A stretch of DNA of 41,894 bases. Source: Candidatus Moraniibacteriota bacterium. GTDB taxonomy: Bacteria > Patescibacteriota > Minisyncoccia > Moranbacterales > UBA1568. The stretch lies in contig JBAWZR010000002.1 in NCBI GenBank assembly GCA_037142915.1, positions 1 through 41,894 of the forward strand, given 5' to 3'. This document shows, in pieces, positions 41,782 through 41,894 of the stretch (position 1 is the stretch's first letter; each line of letters begins with the position of its first letter). A program made the translations under genes and the position numbers. Under the pieces are notes generated by a model, which had not been told where the DNA came from, ran no database searches, and worked only from the letters and a program-made list of their open reading frames with translations.

Positions 41782-41894
41782 ATATAGGGAAAAATTAAGT
41801 GTTTAGGCGTGGGTGAAAAGCGGGATTATGCTACAATGTACTAGTAAGAAAGATACTAACTTTACTCTTTTTCTCTTGATCTATGGATATTTTT

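Noticed and set aside
1-41894. Alternative genetic code (UGA reassignment, as in some candidate phyla).
   Set aside because: murB, the GT4 gene at 22209 and lysS all end at TGA at their expected full lengths. No conserved gene is interrupted by in-frame TGA.
41883-41894. Start of another gene (ATGGATATTTTT) preceded by a TGcTACAAT extended -10 at 41829-41837.
   Set aside because: Only 4 codons are visible, so it cannot be supported as a CDS.

Overview
The 41.9 kb window is gene-dense and mostly + strand. Its gene content and style suggest a small-genome, CPR/Patescibacteria-like bacterium; this is an inference from content, not a database result. The standard genetic code fits, because TGA ends several conserved genes at their expected lengths.

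Content in order:
- A MacA/MacB-type efflux operon (1-4827) interrupted by a 5' gene fragment and two apparently inserted genes: an AAA_14/DUF4143 ATPase and a DHH phosphoesterase.
- A Gly/Tyr-rich secreted low-complexity protein.
- A minus-strand operon of membrane proteins, including a GT-C-like glycosyltransferase candidate.
- Glycosyltransferases flanking an unknown 651-aa coiled-coil protein.
- A Zn/Mn-type ABC importer on the minus strand.
- tsaC, an epimerase, an ABC-2 (Wzm-type) permease, murB, hpf, serS and tRNA-Lys(UUU).
- A cell-envelope glycopolymer cluster: GT4, an O-antigen-ligase-family protein, GT4, an LCP protein, GT2 and an S41 peptidase.
- Two very large envelope proteins (931 aa and an 842-aa DUF4012 protein), then murJ and lysS.
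- A terminal islet of small monocistronic unknown genes (38.6-41.8 kb).

No rRNA, CRISPR array, transposase or integrase was recognised.

Observations most worth following up:
1. The signal peptide of the 931-aa envelope protein is encoded in a different frame, separated from the body by a T7 homopolymer.
2. A 22-28 nt palindromic repeat family occurs twice in-frame inside a glycosyltransferase CDS and twice in tandem as an intergenic terminator.
3. The mac operon carries a rearrangement scar.
4. A promoter drives either a leaderless 26-codon aromatic-rich sORF or a small RNA, followed by two terminators.
5. A 130-nt imperfect inverted repeat lies between hpf and serS.
6. A 31-nt promoter block is shared by the two giant genes.

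All functional calls come from motif recognition by eye; no searches were run.
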